DNA of 64,000 nt from Marsupella aquatica (GCA_973895155.1 OZ316896.1:4115495-4179494); one strand, 5' to 3'; positions 37,895-52,129 are shown, numbered from the stretch's first letter. Notes: generated by a model not told the origin, from the letters alone. Made by a program: numbers and translations.

Positions 37895-38470
37895 GCTCTC
37901 TAAGTGCACACTCCCCGCAAGTAAGCGCACACTCCCGGTGCACTAAACCACTGAACGGGTTTGCACTACTGGATAAGTGCAAGACCATAGAATCGTGCAC
38001 TTATCGATGACAGAGTATCTTTGTTTTATCCTCTGTGTCTCTTCAAGTGCACACTCACGGGAAGAAGCATCTGGAGTGCACTAAGCCACTAAATCGGGTT
38101 TGCACTATTTCATGAGTGCAAACCAATTGGGTCATCCACTTATTGATAATAGAGTGTGGTTTAAATCTCTTTGCTATATACTTATAGTCTGTTTCTCTCT
38201 AAGTGCACACCCAAGGGAAGCATCATCTGCTGTGCACTAACCCACTATGCAGGAACTTGCACTTATGTATAAGTGCAAAACCATAGAATAGACCATAAAA
38301 GTCTATGGTTTACATCTCTTCGTTAAATACTTCTACTCTTGCTAAGTGCACACTCATGGGAAAAAGCATCTGGTGTGCACTAAAGGGGGTTTGCACTATG
38401 TCATAAGAGGAAACCTGTAGAATTGTGCACTTTCAATAAGAGTGTATGGTTTACATCTTTTTGCTAAACG
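37895..38470. repeat. Array of 4 x ~145-bp units rich in TGCAC inverted motifs
   Basis: Units begin AAGTGCACAC at about 37901, 38045, 38201 and 38344. Each is followed by GTGCACTAA and then TTGCACT-N8-AGTGCAA. Confidence 0.8.
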
Positions 38471-39841
38471 TGCAATTATCCTCCATCTATGAACAGCCTA
38501 GAGACAGTAATCTGAGTGGTAAAAGAGTTTAGTGGGGGGTCCTTGAGGTAGTGAGATCAAATTGGGCATGAAATAGATTTTCTTTTCCCTTCGCATAGAG
38601 AAAAGGTGGCAGAGAAAGAAATGAATTTAAAGGGGTTCAATTAATTTCTACATTGAAAGAATAAATGGAATATCTATGGCAAGCAATTTGCAGATAGAAA
38701 AAATAACAAGAAAGCCAATCAGAGGCCCAAATCGGAGCTCCCCCCTTATGGTATATCATGCCTCCCCTCCCCCCAAGTACTGGGAATGGTTGGCCCATTT
38801 GGATGTCCTTGCTGCCCTATTTTCTGGTTTTTGTCACCCCTTGCTGCCCTCTTTTCTGGTTTTTGTCACCCCTGCATTACCCAAGGGGAGAACACGAAGA
38901 TAGCAGAGAATTCATTTTTTTGCAAGATTTTTTTGGGTCTTCACCTCTATTGATGTTCACCGCTATTTGTGTTCAAGGATGTATAACCCAAGGGGAGAAC
39001 ACAACCGGGAGATATGCAGCATTCCTGTTCAATAGTAAAGAGCTGGGCTGCTAATTCACTCAAGTGGTGGTAAGGACTCTCATGGTTGTCGATGATGACC
39101 ACCATTGTAACGTGCAACAATGTTGGGTTCGTATCCAGCTAATCCATGTGCCTCCTACACAATTAAACAAACATTTCAAGCCCTCGAAGGAGACTAATTT
39201 GAGGCAAATCCGTAATGGTGTGCGTCATCTGCAATTGGTGATGTACATCTTCGAATTAAGGGGTCCATTGAAAAGAGTCACCTACATCTCATTCGGGATC
39301 AATTCAAGATGTAGTTCCATTTATCAGGGGTCATCTAAAAACGCACATTTACAGTTCAAGCAACAAGCCGCAAACAGTGGAAGAGGTCATAATGGACCCC
39401 TCCTTACCTCATCCAGTTTTCGGAATCATTGGCATAAAACTCAACAGAGCGAAAAATGGGATTCCTAGCCTAGAAATAGGCCCCCATTGTTCATGTGCTC
39501 CAGTTTCAACTTGATCCACCCCTGCACAATAAAATCACCCACATGGAGATCAGTATTCCGACCGTCCAGGCAGTGATGGATACCTCTGAACAAGAATCTG
39601 TCATGAGCTTATGAATTAGAAACTTGGCGGTACTCTCGTCTTGCAGGTCTGAATTTGTTTTTGCACTTTTGTCTGGAATGAATTTCGTCAAGAAAGAGAT
39701 CAAATTTTTTTGCACTTTTGTCTGGAGAGGATTTCGTCGAGAAAGAGATCAAGTACCTGATCAACCAAATCTATAAGAAGCCACCAAGTCTCCAACTCGA
39801 GTTGGACAACTTCTTGAGTCTCATTGCTGCCACGGTCCTCC

Positions 39842-42800
39842 CTACTCAACTCCTGTAACTTCATGATTTACTTTCGTCCTTGGTTTCGCCCGTCCAGCCG
39901 ACTTTCTTGTTGTCCTACTACTAGTTTTGGGTGAAGATGCCCCATCAGCAGCATCAGTCAAAACGGTTTCGTCCACACTAGCAACAGCACCCTTTCTGGT
40001 CGAAGATGTTACAATCCTTGGACTTTGTCGGTCAGTCTTGACTGAGGCAGATGGTGCATCCTGTCCCAATTGATCTGAAGTTTCAAAGGAGACACTAGCC
40101 ACAACCACACGTTTTGTTTCAGACTCCATGACTTGTGAAACAAGCTGAAGTGGAGACGAATTCCCATTGACCTCAAGTGAGGAAGTATTGATCTTTCGTT
40201 CAATTTGTTTCAGGACACTTTCCGGTTCGATGGATCGAACGTCCTCTCGCAATATTGTATCTATTTCAGCAGGTGAAATGGAAGTTTCGGGTTGAGTGGC
40301 AGTTTCTGCTGCTTCGTTTGGAGACATAGCTGCCTTGCGTGAGAGTTTCAGATTTCCGCGTATGTCGCGCCCAATGCAGACTACTTTCAGAATTTGCCCA
40401 AGCATCAAAACATCTCCAACCCGTGCCACCTGCAAAATAATAAAGAAGTGAAAATCCCGCGGTAAAGTTGGAACCTCAGCTACTGCAAGACCAAAATTCT
40501 CAAATCTATCATATGCTTAAGGTGGCATAGTATTATTCAGCTCATTAAAAGTAGACCTTGTTGTGTGAGATTTCTGATATGTGAACCATTCCTTGGTGGC
40601 CTCCATCAAGCTCCAAAAATGCCCCAAAGTCTTTGATGGCTACAACTGTTGCAAAATATGAGCCACCAACCTCTACTTCTCGACCAATACATGATTCGAC
40701 CTGCAAGGGTCATCACTCCGACATACGCATCGGCATCAGACAAAATAAAGGACACTAGTAACTGGAAATGAGAAGTCGTAGCTCAACGTCACAAATCGAG
40801 CAGATAAGAACAGCGCAAATTTGTCTTCTTTACATGTGGCTGGGCGTTTAGAAGAGGGGGATAGAGAGCATGACAAATTCGTAAAAAAACCAATAGATAT
40901 GAATTTTTATGAAATTCACGTAGATTACTATTTTCTTAATGACACCGAGGAGAACATACGCGTACCACAGCGATCAACGAAACATGACACTTTTCCACTC
41001 GAGAAAGTAACGAAAGGAAATACCAGTGATTTTGTTTGATCATAAGACGCCTGATCCTTTGCAAATATCGTCAAAACTCCATCATCTGACACATTAAGCT
41101 TAGCCCCTGCAACCAATCAAGAGTAAGTCTACTGCACAAGAGAGGTCGCCAACTTCTACAATTGTAATCCTTCCAAGGTGCAGGTAGGGTCTGTAGTCTC
41201 ATGCAAAACCATGCGACTTCTAACGTCCTGTTTTTTACCACGTCTGAACTACAACATAGGCTCTGAGACAATTATTCGAATAGTTTGTTGAAAAATCCAC
41301 GTGATTTCAACAAATTGAAGCTTTCTGTTGCGATTTTCAATTAAAGTTATGGCCTTTAGTGTGCTCACCAAATGAAATCAATTGTAAGATTAAAAGAAAA
41401 AGCCCGACAAGACAGACAAACGCTAACCAATTATCCATCAGGAGCAGTTCATCTGAACAGAGTATCAGACGCAATCTATGACGAATAGAGAGACCGATAC
41501 TAAGTGGAAAACCTCAACCTTTATGAAATGACAAGGGAGAAACCCATTGAACAGATGAGGAAATTTGACCTTTCAACAGATTTCCATTAAAAAGGATTAG
41601 ACAAAGAACAGATTTATCCATACCAGTCAAGCGTTGAATGCTCTTTATATTACTACCCTGTGGTCCAATCAATCGGCCAATACTGTCCCGTAAAATGGAC
41701 ATTTGACCTACATCAAGACAAATTGAAATTAAAAGTTAGAAATCCGCACTCTCAAATCGTTGATATCCCATCAACCAATGCTTTGATGTGGAGTAGAAAG
41801 GACCTACATATTATAAAGCACAAATCCGCGTCCATATGTCTTTCACAAGACAATAAAATCTTCAACAGATATAAGGTTCTGAGTTGGTAGATAGTACGCC
41901 TATGAGGCTCACCTCTTCGAGGAAGATTTTCTCTCATATCTTCACGAGGTCTGATTATCACTGTCTCCATGGTATTGAGAATGTGAGTTCGACCTGCTAG
42001 TGCAGGTTCCAAAGCCTCAACGAGAATACCAAGAGGAATCCCAGGGAGTTTCATATCCAGCTGTACGGCAGTTATTCCGTTCTTTGTCCCAGCAATTTTA
42101 AAATCCATATCTCCCAAATGATCCTCCAGTCCCTGTCATAGTCACCAAACAAAATAGACCCAACCTAATCTCGTCTCAATCAAGCCTCATTCTTGGCACG
42201 AACTCTATTGATCAGCCTCAAGTGCTCTTACTCCATATGTGCGAGTGACGAATAACATATATCGCGTACGTCTATTAAGATAAGGTACACTCCTCACATC
42301 ATCGTGGTAAGACTAGACACGAAAGGTCCGAGTACAGGTATTTCAGCGCTTTGCAAAGTAAACAGAATATAACATTTTCAAAGACAGATAAAAAGAACAT
42401 TCAGAAAACCTGGAATAAGAACCATCCCACGACATCCACAGCTGGAAATATATTTACAGATCATCGTCCTGAATACTGAAATTAGAAGCGAGAGTGTACC
42501 AGGATGTCTGTGAGAAGCTTGTAATCCTTGACGGTACCTGTTGATGGGTCAGTGACAGTCACAAGACCAATCGATACTCCTGCCACATGGTCTCGGAGTG
42601 GTACTCCTGCATCCATTAATGCCAAACTTCCTGGAAATAAAACGCAAACAAAAAGAAATTATCCCTGAGAATGTCATGCACTCTCAGGATCATAACGAAC
42701 AGTTACCTTGAAGTGCCAAGGGGAAGCTTTTAAAAAGCCTCTAGAAAGAAATCAATGGACATAAGACTCATAGATAACAGCACAAATATGTACACAGGTC

Positions 42801-45800
42801 AAGTTGCAAACCTCCACAAACAGTCGCCATCGAAGAAGATCCATCTGATGCAAGAACTTCGGAGGTCACTCGAATGCTGTAAGGAAATTCATCTTCTGAC
42901 GGTAGAAGTGATAACAAAGCTTTCTCTGCAAGAGTCCCTACAAAAACCAATACCCAAACCAAACACATCAGTTCTAGAGGCCAATCAATAACGAGAAGTA
43001 TTATGGTACTAGTTTCGTAGTCTCTTCTTTCAATAGAGAGGGCACCAAAGAACCCCTGATATGGAATGGTGAGAGATTCTTACCATGTCCTACTTCGCGT
43101 CGATTCAAACCACCAAGGCGACCAACTTCATTCACTGAAAATGGAGGGAAGCTGTAATGAACCATGAACCTTTTAGAATCCGGTCCAACTATGGAGTCCA
43201 AGCGTTGGGCGTCATCTGGAGCTCCCATTGTTACAGTGCATAACACCTGAAAGAGATATGATCAGAAGCTAGATGTGGGGCACTAGATGATCTCATAATA
43301 ATGGAGAAAATGCAGGAATATGTACTAACCTGTGTGTTTCCCCTAGAAAAGAGTGATGATCCATGCAGAGCTGGATAGAGACCAGCTTCACAATACAATT
43401 CCCGTACACTATCAACGGTTCTCCCATCAACTCTTTGGCCCTTTTGTAGGATATTTCCACGAACAATCTGGGACAGAAAGAGAAAATGAACATCTCTTAA
43501 ATTTTCTATGGAAATCACGTAGTCCTGTCGAATTTCTGTTGCCCGCACACTTCTGAGCTCCAGTTTTACAGCCCTTGCTTTCCATTTCCTCGAGCCCAAT
43601 TTTTTTTAGTGAAGGACAACACCATGACACACTGATGAATGGTAGGCTAACTCGAGGTCGCGTCAATAAGATTCTGCCGACATAGGGTCTTGGAAATGGT
43701 GAAGTTCAGATACAATACATTCCTTGGAGCCCAGACCTCTTACAACATTTTCTTACATAAGGAAGAATGTATCTCCCTGCTAAAAAACAGAGACATCCTT
43801 GAATCTTAGCCACTCCAGCACTTGAACAAACACACTGCAGATTTAGAGGCCTATACCTCTTTTCTGACACTGTCAAACGCCTTATTAATGACTTTCACGG
43901 TATCGTCATCTCCTTCTGCCTTGAACATTTCCTCCACCTCATCTTGGACGTCATTTAAGGCTTTCCCACGTTCAAACTGCAAGACAAGAAACAAGTCCGA
44001 CTTCCGTTTTTTCACCCTTGCAGCCCAACTACAAGGAGGAATAACAACGATCAGGGATCCAAGCCAAACCCATTGGTATGTCAGTGCACTGGTAGAATTA
44101 CGATACCTTCTCCGGACAGCCAGAACAAGACCAGATAATCCAATAGTGTCGAAAACCCACCTTGCCATATAGAGGATTCCCCATCACAGCTTGAATTGGA
44201 TCAGTTGCTATCCTCCGAATTTTTTCCAAAACAGACTCTGGGATGGTCAGCAACTGGACATCCCGCTTCTGATTTCTCACCTTGGCTGCCAGCCGAAGCT
44301 GCGGGTCAATAAGCTTTATTGCCTGCATAAACAGATAGATTTTGATGCTGTAAATGTTGCTGAACCTTACTTTTGCCTGCCAATGATTCTCTTTCCTCCC
44401 GCAGGAGGAATCATTGGAGACTAACCGTATGCAGCTATGGACCCAAATAAGTGCTCTTCAGGGTCGAGAATACCTCAGAATGCGCAAGGGATAGGGCAGA
44501 AGCGTAATCTTCATTTGTGATTTCTGCCGCTTGTGTCTCTATCATCAATGTGTTTTTCGCTGTACAAGCATAGATCAAGTTCAAATCGCTCTTGCTAACC
44601 TGCAACTTGCGAGAAGGAGTCCGTTAGGGAAGACCTTTATTACGCCGGTCATACAAGCAACTTCTGAGCTATGTCACAATTCAAAGTGATCTACATCCTA
44701 CCTTACCAAAGTGAGAGAATCTTCCAGGCTTATAAAAAAAATCCTGCCAAACTAAGCCCTCTGCTATTCGAAGATGGACTTCTGTGCCCTTTGCAACATT
44801 TGCCATGACAACAAAACAGACTGTTCAAGACACAACGATGAGTAGCTCCAAGTTAAAACCGTGAGACTTATGAAGTGACCAGAGTGGGATAAGGAAAAGA
44901 GTAAGAAGGTCTACCTCACCCATATTTGGATTGACAATAAACTTCCCACTCACGCGGCCCACTCGAACAGCACCAATAGGTCCATTCCAAGGAATATTTG
45001 AAATGGTCAGGGCAGCAGAAGCTGCGTTCACAGAGAGAATATCTGTGTCTTGGTCCCCATCAGAACACAGCACATTTGCTATTATCTGCCAACCCACAGC
45101 ATAAAACAAGCCAGATTGTCAGCTTTTATCTCAATTCTTTTGCTTGGCCACAGGCAGGTCATGAGGTCCATACATTCTACAGATGGCTCCAGGGTTCAAC
45201 AACACAGTAAAAACGACTTCCATGCCCACTTGGTACTAAGAGTCAAGGGAATAGTATATAAGACCCTTCCGTTAGTGCTCAAAGACAAATATTTTGCAAT
45301 TCCGACAGCATGCAGCAATTCCAGATCACCTGAGTTTGGAAAAAAAATCCCTTTGGAAATAAAGGGCGGACTGATCTATCAATGACGCGAGCACACAGAA
45401 GTTCACGCTCCTTTGGTGCGCCTTCTCGACGCATAAAAGTCTTCGGTATTTTTCCCTGTGCATATTGCTTCTCTCTATATTCGACCTGCACATGCCCCAA
45501 ACATACAGATAATCATAAGTTCACTTCTGACATATAGAAATCACCATAAAATAAGCATAATCGTATCACTCGTTAGGGACTCCCTGCAGAGCAAAACCGT
45601 CCATTCACAGTGAATTCAAACCGTGAATGAGATCGGGAATAAACCTGAAGCGGCAAAAAGTCTAAGTTCTCCTTATCGGAGTAGTTTGCAACAACTGTCG
45701 TAAGCACTTTAGTTTCTTTTAAACCCACAACAGCTGCTCCTGCTGCAAACTTGGCCAGTTTTCCAGTCTCAAACGTCATAGTCTTGGTTCCAACCTGAGC

Positions 45801-46299
45801 CTCTTCGAGGAACACTTTGCCATTTTCTGCACACCACAAACTTTTCTCTTCAAGGGCAGTCCATCGCGTAAACTCCATGAATATTTTCTGAGACAGCAAA
45901 AACATTCAAACCTACAAGATTGTGTCAATCCCCTGCTGCCTTTGCAAGAGGTAAGCACTAGTGCAGAAGGCTGAAGGCAACGGACCTGGAAATTCACGCC
46001 ATGAGGGTGGCGGTCCGAGTACTTGCACCTGTGGCAAAGCACTTGATGAGGCTTCACGCACGCAAGCTATCCAACCCCGGTGGAATCCATCCTGTAAGCG
46101 AAGGACACCAAAACAATCGTCACCTAAAGCACTTCGATCACCTGTCTTCGGGACGTCGCAGTAATGTATGACCAAAACGTTCAAGAGCAGGAACAAAGTC
46201 CTCAAATATCACTCATCTGAGAGCACAAAATCTTCAGACTAAGTTGTCAACAGCAGGAGAGTTAATCCCATACTATATTCGCAAACTCAATGCTCTCAT
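39842..46299 (-). CDS. PNP2: Polyribonucleotide nucleotidyltransferase (PNPase), mitochondrial type
   Basis: Multi-exon gene with RNase PH1 ([13 protein letters not shown]; [34 protein letters not shown]), RNase PH2 ([53 protein letters not shown]), KH ([13 protein letters not shown]) and S1 ([12 protein letters not shown]; GNLKLSRK). The start exon MRALSLRI (46299-46276, GT donor) is tentative. Confidence 0.93.
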
Positions 46300-46545
46300 G
46301 GTTTTCTCTGCAGGGTACTCTGAACGCTTGCATAGCGTAAGAGAGAGTGGACAAATCCAATTTGGAAGACGAAATTCCTTCCATTCATTTATTTCTGATT
46401 TTTCAACTGAGCAAAGAAAATAAATAGAGTGGCGACCGAAGGACTACGTTTATCTTAAACCACTTCGGAGATTTTCGCTTCGTATTTGCTGCATACTTTA
46501 TACGAAACAATCTTCCAAGAAAAATCACACGCAGATCAGACTGGC

Positions 46546-47672
46546 CTACGTGTTATGAGAAGTCCTCGTAAAATACGAATATAAAAATGTCACTGTGACC
46601 AGAAGTAGTTGTTTTTGAATCTCTTCACTGGTTTCAGTTTTGTTAAGTCCAGGATCAACTGGGAAAAATTGCCCTACACAAAAACGTACATCGAAAGGCC
46701 CGCTCGAGTTGTTCACATGCCATGTCAACAACCTTGTCAAAATCGAAACGCGGACATCGAGTCAAAATTCTAGAGGGAACCGCTGCTTTGCAAATTTAAC
46801 AGCGTTTGAGTCCAAGTATTTCTCGGTTTCCAATTGCAGAAAAGGGTTTAAGCACGAGGGTTTAAGCAGGAGTAATCTCCAGCTGCAGTAGCTTTCCAAA
46901 CCCAGAAGATCGTTAGGTAGCCAGAGACAATTACTCACGCGCTAATTGGAGGATTTCTGCAATGGACAGACTTCCACACCCTCCAGTTCTAATCACCTTT
47001 TACAACATAGGAAGTTGAACTCTTCATAGATCACCTTCTAAATGGCTTTGGGAAGGCCTTTGTGGACAGATAGGGAACGGACATCTCAAAGAAAGGGACG
47101 AACGATCGACAAAGTTGAATCCAATGCCCTGGAAACCTCGCTAGGAGAGTTCTTATTCCATGCGCCGAAAAGCACGACGAACAGCTGGTTATAGTGCAGG
47201 GAAGGGTTTATCGCACAATCAACGTTGCCAGTCCCAACCAATGATGTGGGCAAGGTTTGTCAAAGGAGGTGAATTTCTTGGCGGACAGTCTTGCGATTCT
47301 GCAACGAATTCTGAGTCGCCCTAGGTAGAATGATGGCGACGAAAATGGATCCTGCTGATGTGAATACTTATGCTCAAAGCTGCTAAAAATGGGCCAAATA
47401 CCAACTCCATTCATCTCCCACGCGGATGTCAATTTCCTCACTTCCTGGGTAGCAAGACCAGAGCAACCACAACTCCGGTAGGAGTGAGAAACAAAAATCC
47501 GCGATCAACTGGACAATAGACCCTGACGAAGAAAGAAAAACAGAGAAGTCTTAAAAGGAGAAACACAAAATTCGGGATGGCAATGGTTTACCGCGGCAAC
47601 ACGTTTGAAAACGGCGGAGAAACGGCGGCAGACATCTCCGGCTACCAGAATGCGGGGCGCGCTGCTGCTCAT
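46546..47672 (-). pseudogene. N-terminal fragment of a CWF19L1/DRN1-like gene (plant C3H64/C3H59 family)
   Basis: Exon 47672-47592 MSSSAPRILVAGDVCRRFSAVFKRVAA with a GT donor. A second exon from 46716 reads VNNSSGPFDVRFCVGQFFP. Together they resemble the plant family start MAPRILLCGD..RL..LFKRV..V.KSAGPFD..ICVGQFFP. The acceptor reads AT instead of AG, similarity decays to a stop at 46546, and no further exons fit before PNPase. Confidence 0.75.
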
Positions 47673-48409
47673 AGTAAATCGCGAGAAACGATGATGGCAG
47701 AGCGCATCTGCAACAATTTAGTGAAGATATACTAATTTCGAGCCTGCGTGAAAGAGCCAATGCTCGTCACTCAGTCTCTGAATGATTGTGCATAGCACTA
47801 CTAGATGCTCCTCTTCCAATGTAGCCGTTCTTCGTTCGTTCGTAAGTTGGTCCTCGCTCAAAGAGTTGAATGGTTGCTGAACGATACGAGGACTCTGGAG
47901 AGGTCGCAATTTGATGTACCTTAAGTCACTACTTATGGTTACTAGCCTCCACTACCCATTCTTTCAACTTGTTGAATAGCGGGGAGTACATAAAAATGTC
48001 ACCAAAATATATTTCTTATTCACATATTTTGAAGATTAATGAAATGATAAAAAAAATTATCATGCATATCATCATTTTAATAATCATATATAACATATCA
48101 TAGTACTCTTTTCTATGCACATTCCTAGTTTTTCTATTCTACATCCTACTTATGCACATATAATATGGTGGGGCCATAGAGATTAGTTCTTAATATAAAT
48201 AAAAATCATAACAAAAAGCAGTCATGGTTATCATTTGATATGACATACATCATAGACATCAATTTTTTCATCATTCCACATGATGACCCATGGAGTTACG
48301 GTCTAGAGGCTTCACTCTATAAGCCTAGGCCCCAACTCTAGCTTGTAGTTGCAGATTTATAAATAAGATGGACACAAAAATTATGGATTACATAATGCAT
48401 AGTCCATAA

Positions 48410-48580
48410 CACAATTCATATTCCATAACTTTTTGCCAAAAGGATAGTTTTATGCCATAACTATTAGTCACTCCACTGTAGAGCTTTTTGCCAAAAGGAT
48501 TGGTTTATGCCATAACTATCAGTCACTGGAGCTTTTTGTCAAAAGGATCTTTTTATGCCATAACTATTAGTCACTCTAGA
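48410..48580. repeat. Tandem repeat, 3 x ~52 bp
   Basis: TTTTTG(C/T)CAAAAGGAT...TTTATGCCATAACTAT(T/C)AGTCACT occurs three times. Confidence 0.85.
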
Positions 48581-50093
48581 GACTGGTGAAAGAAAAAACA
48601 AAAAACACTTTTACACACTCCTGTGAAAAAGTTATGACCTATTCTTTATGACCAAATACTTTCATCTCTAATTTCCAAGCTTTGAGATGCACTATCATAT
48701 GTATGATATGAACAGCAATTCATATCATACACACTCACAGGGTAACGATGGTCTGGACTTTTGTCACTCGGGCGTAACTGGATGAGCAGACTCTGACACA
48801 GGCATGACAAGGATAGCAAGGAGCCCCTGGGGAGGAAACCAGGAAGCCCGGTATACCCCAATAATGGATGGCCAGGATCGTCATTTGTGTATGTAATTGT
48901 GATCTTGGTTTTAAGGTTGCTGGCTAGTGGAGGTGTGGAAAACTGGGGTCATTTGATCGGAAGGTCGATGCAATTGGGACGGCCCATCTCAAAAGCACAC
49001 AGTACAAAATTGCACTTTACAACCACTCGTTTTGTTGTTGTGAAAGAAACTCCAAACTTACCAAATGTGCAGCTTCCTCTTTGCAGCGGATGACCATTGC
49101 AGCTTTTGCTAGAATGATATTGAAAGAGCTCCCAACAGACAACAAACCCAAGTTAAAGCACTCATCTACGCTGATAGTCTTGCCATAGAGGCAATTGTGT
49201 CCTAAACTTGGATCAGCTCGAGAGACTTCTCAAGAATGATTGATGAAAAGATTTGTTTATGGCCAACAACCATCATTGGTAACTTTGAAGCTTTGAGACA
49301 CCCTAATTGTTAGGAATTTGACTCAGGTTCTCAAGTATAGTTAGTTTGGCCCTACCAGGGTTAGTTAATCCCTTATTAGTTTATGATAAGATACATCTAT
49401 TGTGACCCACACATCTTAGTACCCTTTTGGGACTATAGGTTCGAGGGAGAACTTTTTTTGTCTCATTCCTCACATGGACACTCTAATGCTATGGATCATT
49501 TAGGAATTTTTCCATTGTGGTGTTTTGTTGGTTTGGTATGAGATTAAGTGCACTCTCATGTTCTGCATTGTTGCTGCCTAGTCTGAGCCATCCAATTTCT
49601 TACACCGACAAGGGTGTCAAAACAGGTAGTAAGTGAGGTATGGTCAAGACAAGTACACAAATGGTTATGGTCGGGACAAAAACCCTACTGGCTACCTATA
49701 CACTAGCATCAGAGCATTGCTGTAAGCAAGTCTTACGACTGGGGCTCTTTTGACGTACCATCCTTATGGGGCACATATTTAGGTAGCCTGTAGTGTATTT
49801 GTCCTGACCAAAAAAGCGCTTTATGTCCTTGAGTTACTGCCCTACTCTGACACACCCCACTTGTTCCCTTAGGATCAGGTGTCCAAAAAATCACATCCAT
49901 AAGAACTTGCTTATGGGAGTGCTTTGATGCGCCCTATTTTAACTCCAATAGGGCGTCTCAATCTTCTCATTGATGTCTTCGGTCGCAGTCATCGACAAAT
50001 TCTTGAGAAAAATGTGGCGGACACAAAAGTGCATGTCTGCACACTCCTGACCCGTGACCAAAGCGGGTAGTTTTGGGCCACATTTTTTTCCAG

Positions 50094-50270
50094 GGACTCT
50101 GAAGTTTGAGATGCCCTAATGGTACCAGTTATGAGCGAAAAGCTTCCCTGGCAGACTTCCAGGTTTGAGACGCCCTAATGGTACGAGTTCTGAGCTAAAA
50201 GCTTCCCAGGCAGACTTCCAGGTTTGAGACGCCCTAATGGTACAAGTTATGAGCTAAAAGCTTCCCTGGC
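50094..50270. repeat. Tandem repeat, 3 x ~59 bp
   Basis: GTTTGAGACGCCCTAATGGTAC..GTT.TGAGCTAAAAGCTTCCC.GGCA occurs three times. An inverted partial unit is at about 49945. Confidence 0.85.
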
Positions 50271-50464
50271 ATCACCGCGCCCAATAAGCGTTTTTTTGAA
50301 TTTTTACCTTCTTGTAGTTCTGTCACTTAAAAAGCAATAGAGCGCTGGAGAAAGATTGGGAAGAAACGCAAAGGAACGTGGAGCTTTCGGAGCCACATTG
50401 CTGCAAGATTCATGTGGAGGCTGACTGAGCACGCCGACAATCCAATTCAACTCCGCGATGGCGC

Positions 50465-50900
50465 AATTTAGTCATAACACTTCATTCTCCCCTGTTCGGA
50501 TTTCGTCAAGTTACGCTCCTCTGGATTTCGTCAAGCTTAGCTTTCTTTGCTGCTGTCGCCTCATTTCTCTGTTCCTCTGGATCTGGACGATAGAAAGGAG
50601 CAATTTGATCGCGATTTAGTTCGTCATAAAACTCCGTTCTCCCCCGTTCGGATTTGGTCTAATTCTGCTCATCTGGACCTGTTCAGCTCTCTCTGCTGCT
50701 GTCTCCTTATTTCTGTGTTCCTCTGGATCTGGACGATAGAAAGGAGCAATTTGATTGCCATTGAGTCATAAAACTTCATTCTCCCCAGTTCGGATTTCGT
50801 CAAGTTCCACTCATCTGGACCTGAATCAGCTCTCTTCGCTGCTGTCGCCTTATTTCTATAGTCCTCTGAAACTGGACGACAGAAAAGAGCAGTTTTATTT
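50465..50900. repeat. Degenerate tandem repeat, ~3 x ~150 bp
   Basis: Recurring GTCATAAAACTTCATTCTCCCC.GTTCGGATTT...CTCTGGATCTGGACGATAGAAAGGAGCAATTTGA. Confidence 0.75.
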
Positions 50901-52129
50901 TATCAGAAAGTCCAATCGGCCGCCCGAGCTTCTCTTTCATGGAGGTTCGCTCATCTGGACCAGTTTAGCTCCTTTTGCGGCCGACTCCTTTCCTTTTTTT
51001 ATGCTTTGAGATCTACCGAGGAGGTCATAGTTTTAGGGAGGACCATCAGACCTGAAGGAGGAAGAAAGGGGCCTTCGAAAGCGCTCCCCTTATTTACTGG
51101 CTTGCCTCGCATTCCTACATCAAGGTGTTTTACCAACTGACCCTCTTCTTTTGGCGTCAGATGGCCTCTGGTCAATGAGAATTGAGTGTCTTTGTGTTCA
51201 CTGGGGCCATTTATTGCCTACTAGGGAATCAGTGTTTTGCTGGAATGTATACCTGGCGGAAGGAATCGTTTAGTGTGGTGCAGTGAGGCTGGATTTGTCT
51301 ATTCTAAAAACATGGAATAATACTGGTTTGTGTTTAAGATGATTGCTCGCAGTCCGTTATGCAAGTAGCGATGTTTGAACGTCCCTCACTCTGCCATCCC
51401 GGTACTGTAGCTCTGTCAAAATTGCCGCAACCATCGTAATCGGACGACCAATGATCACTTTCCTGCTACTGTTTTATCAGTTGATATATGCGCACGAATA
51501 TCAGGGCCGTAATTGTGAAATTCACGAAATTAATCTTGAGTCGATTGGCTAGGCTGCGATTTGAATGCAAGTATTCAGTGGACGAAGTTAAATTGTGATG
51601 CACATTGAGCATAAGTATAGCTTGTTACAACGAAACAACTTGCGTGTAGAATGAATGCTCTTACTACAGGCGAAAGCAGACTAGCTGAATTCATGTGGCA
51701 ACGGCTAAGATTCATCCAACCGTGATCGGGACCGTGATACAATGTTGATCTTAAGTAGATAGATCAGAGGCTTATGAGTGGCATCAAACAACGATACTGA
51801 ATGCTTTCCATCGTACCAGAAGTCCGCATATTGGAGTATTTTCAAAATTATTTGTGTGATGCACGGTGCAGAGGATATAACGACGAGATACTCCGTGTTT
51901 CAATAAAAATAGGTGTAATGTGTTGAACTTACTTGATTATTAACGAACAAATCAGCCGATCGGAATAGTGATACCTGTAAATTCGCTTAAAACATGTCCT
52001 AGTGGTACGGAGGAGGGAAAACTGTGTTCGAATTGAAGTTGGATTTGTCGAGGTACAGAATTACAGATATCCTCACACTGCTGCTCGAACTCTGCCGCGC
52101 AGGTGAAATTTTTTTAGTTTTCGCACTTC

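Noticed and set aside
37895-38470. CRISPR-like appearance of palindromic repeats (also arrays at 31.9, 48.4 and 50.1 kb)
   Set aside because: The intervening sequences are homologous to each other rather than unique spacers, the context is eukaryotic, and there are no cas genes.
49308-49603. TGTTAGG...CTTACA segment as a possible solo LTR
   Set aside because: The flanking 5-mers do not match and there is no similarity to the confirmed LTR family beyond the first bases.
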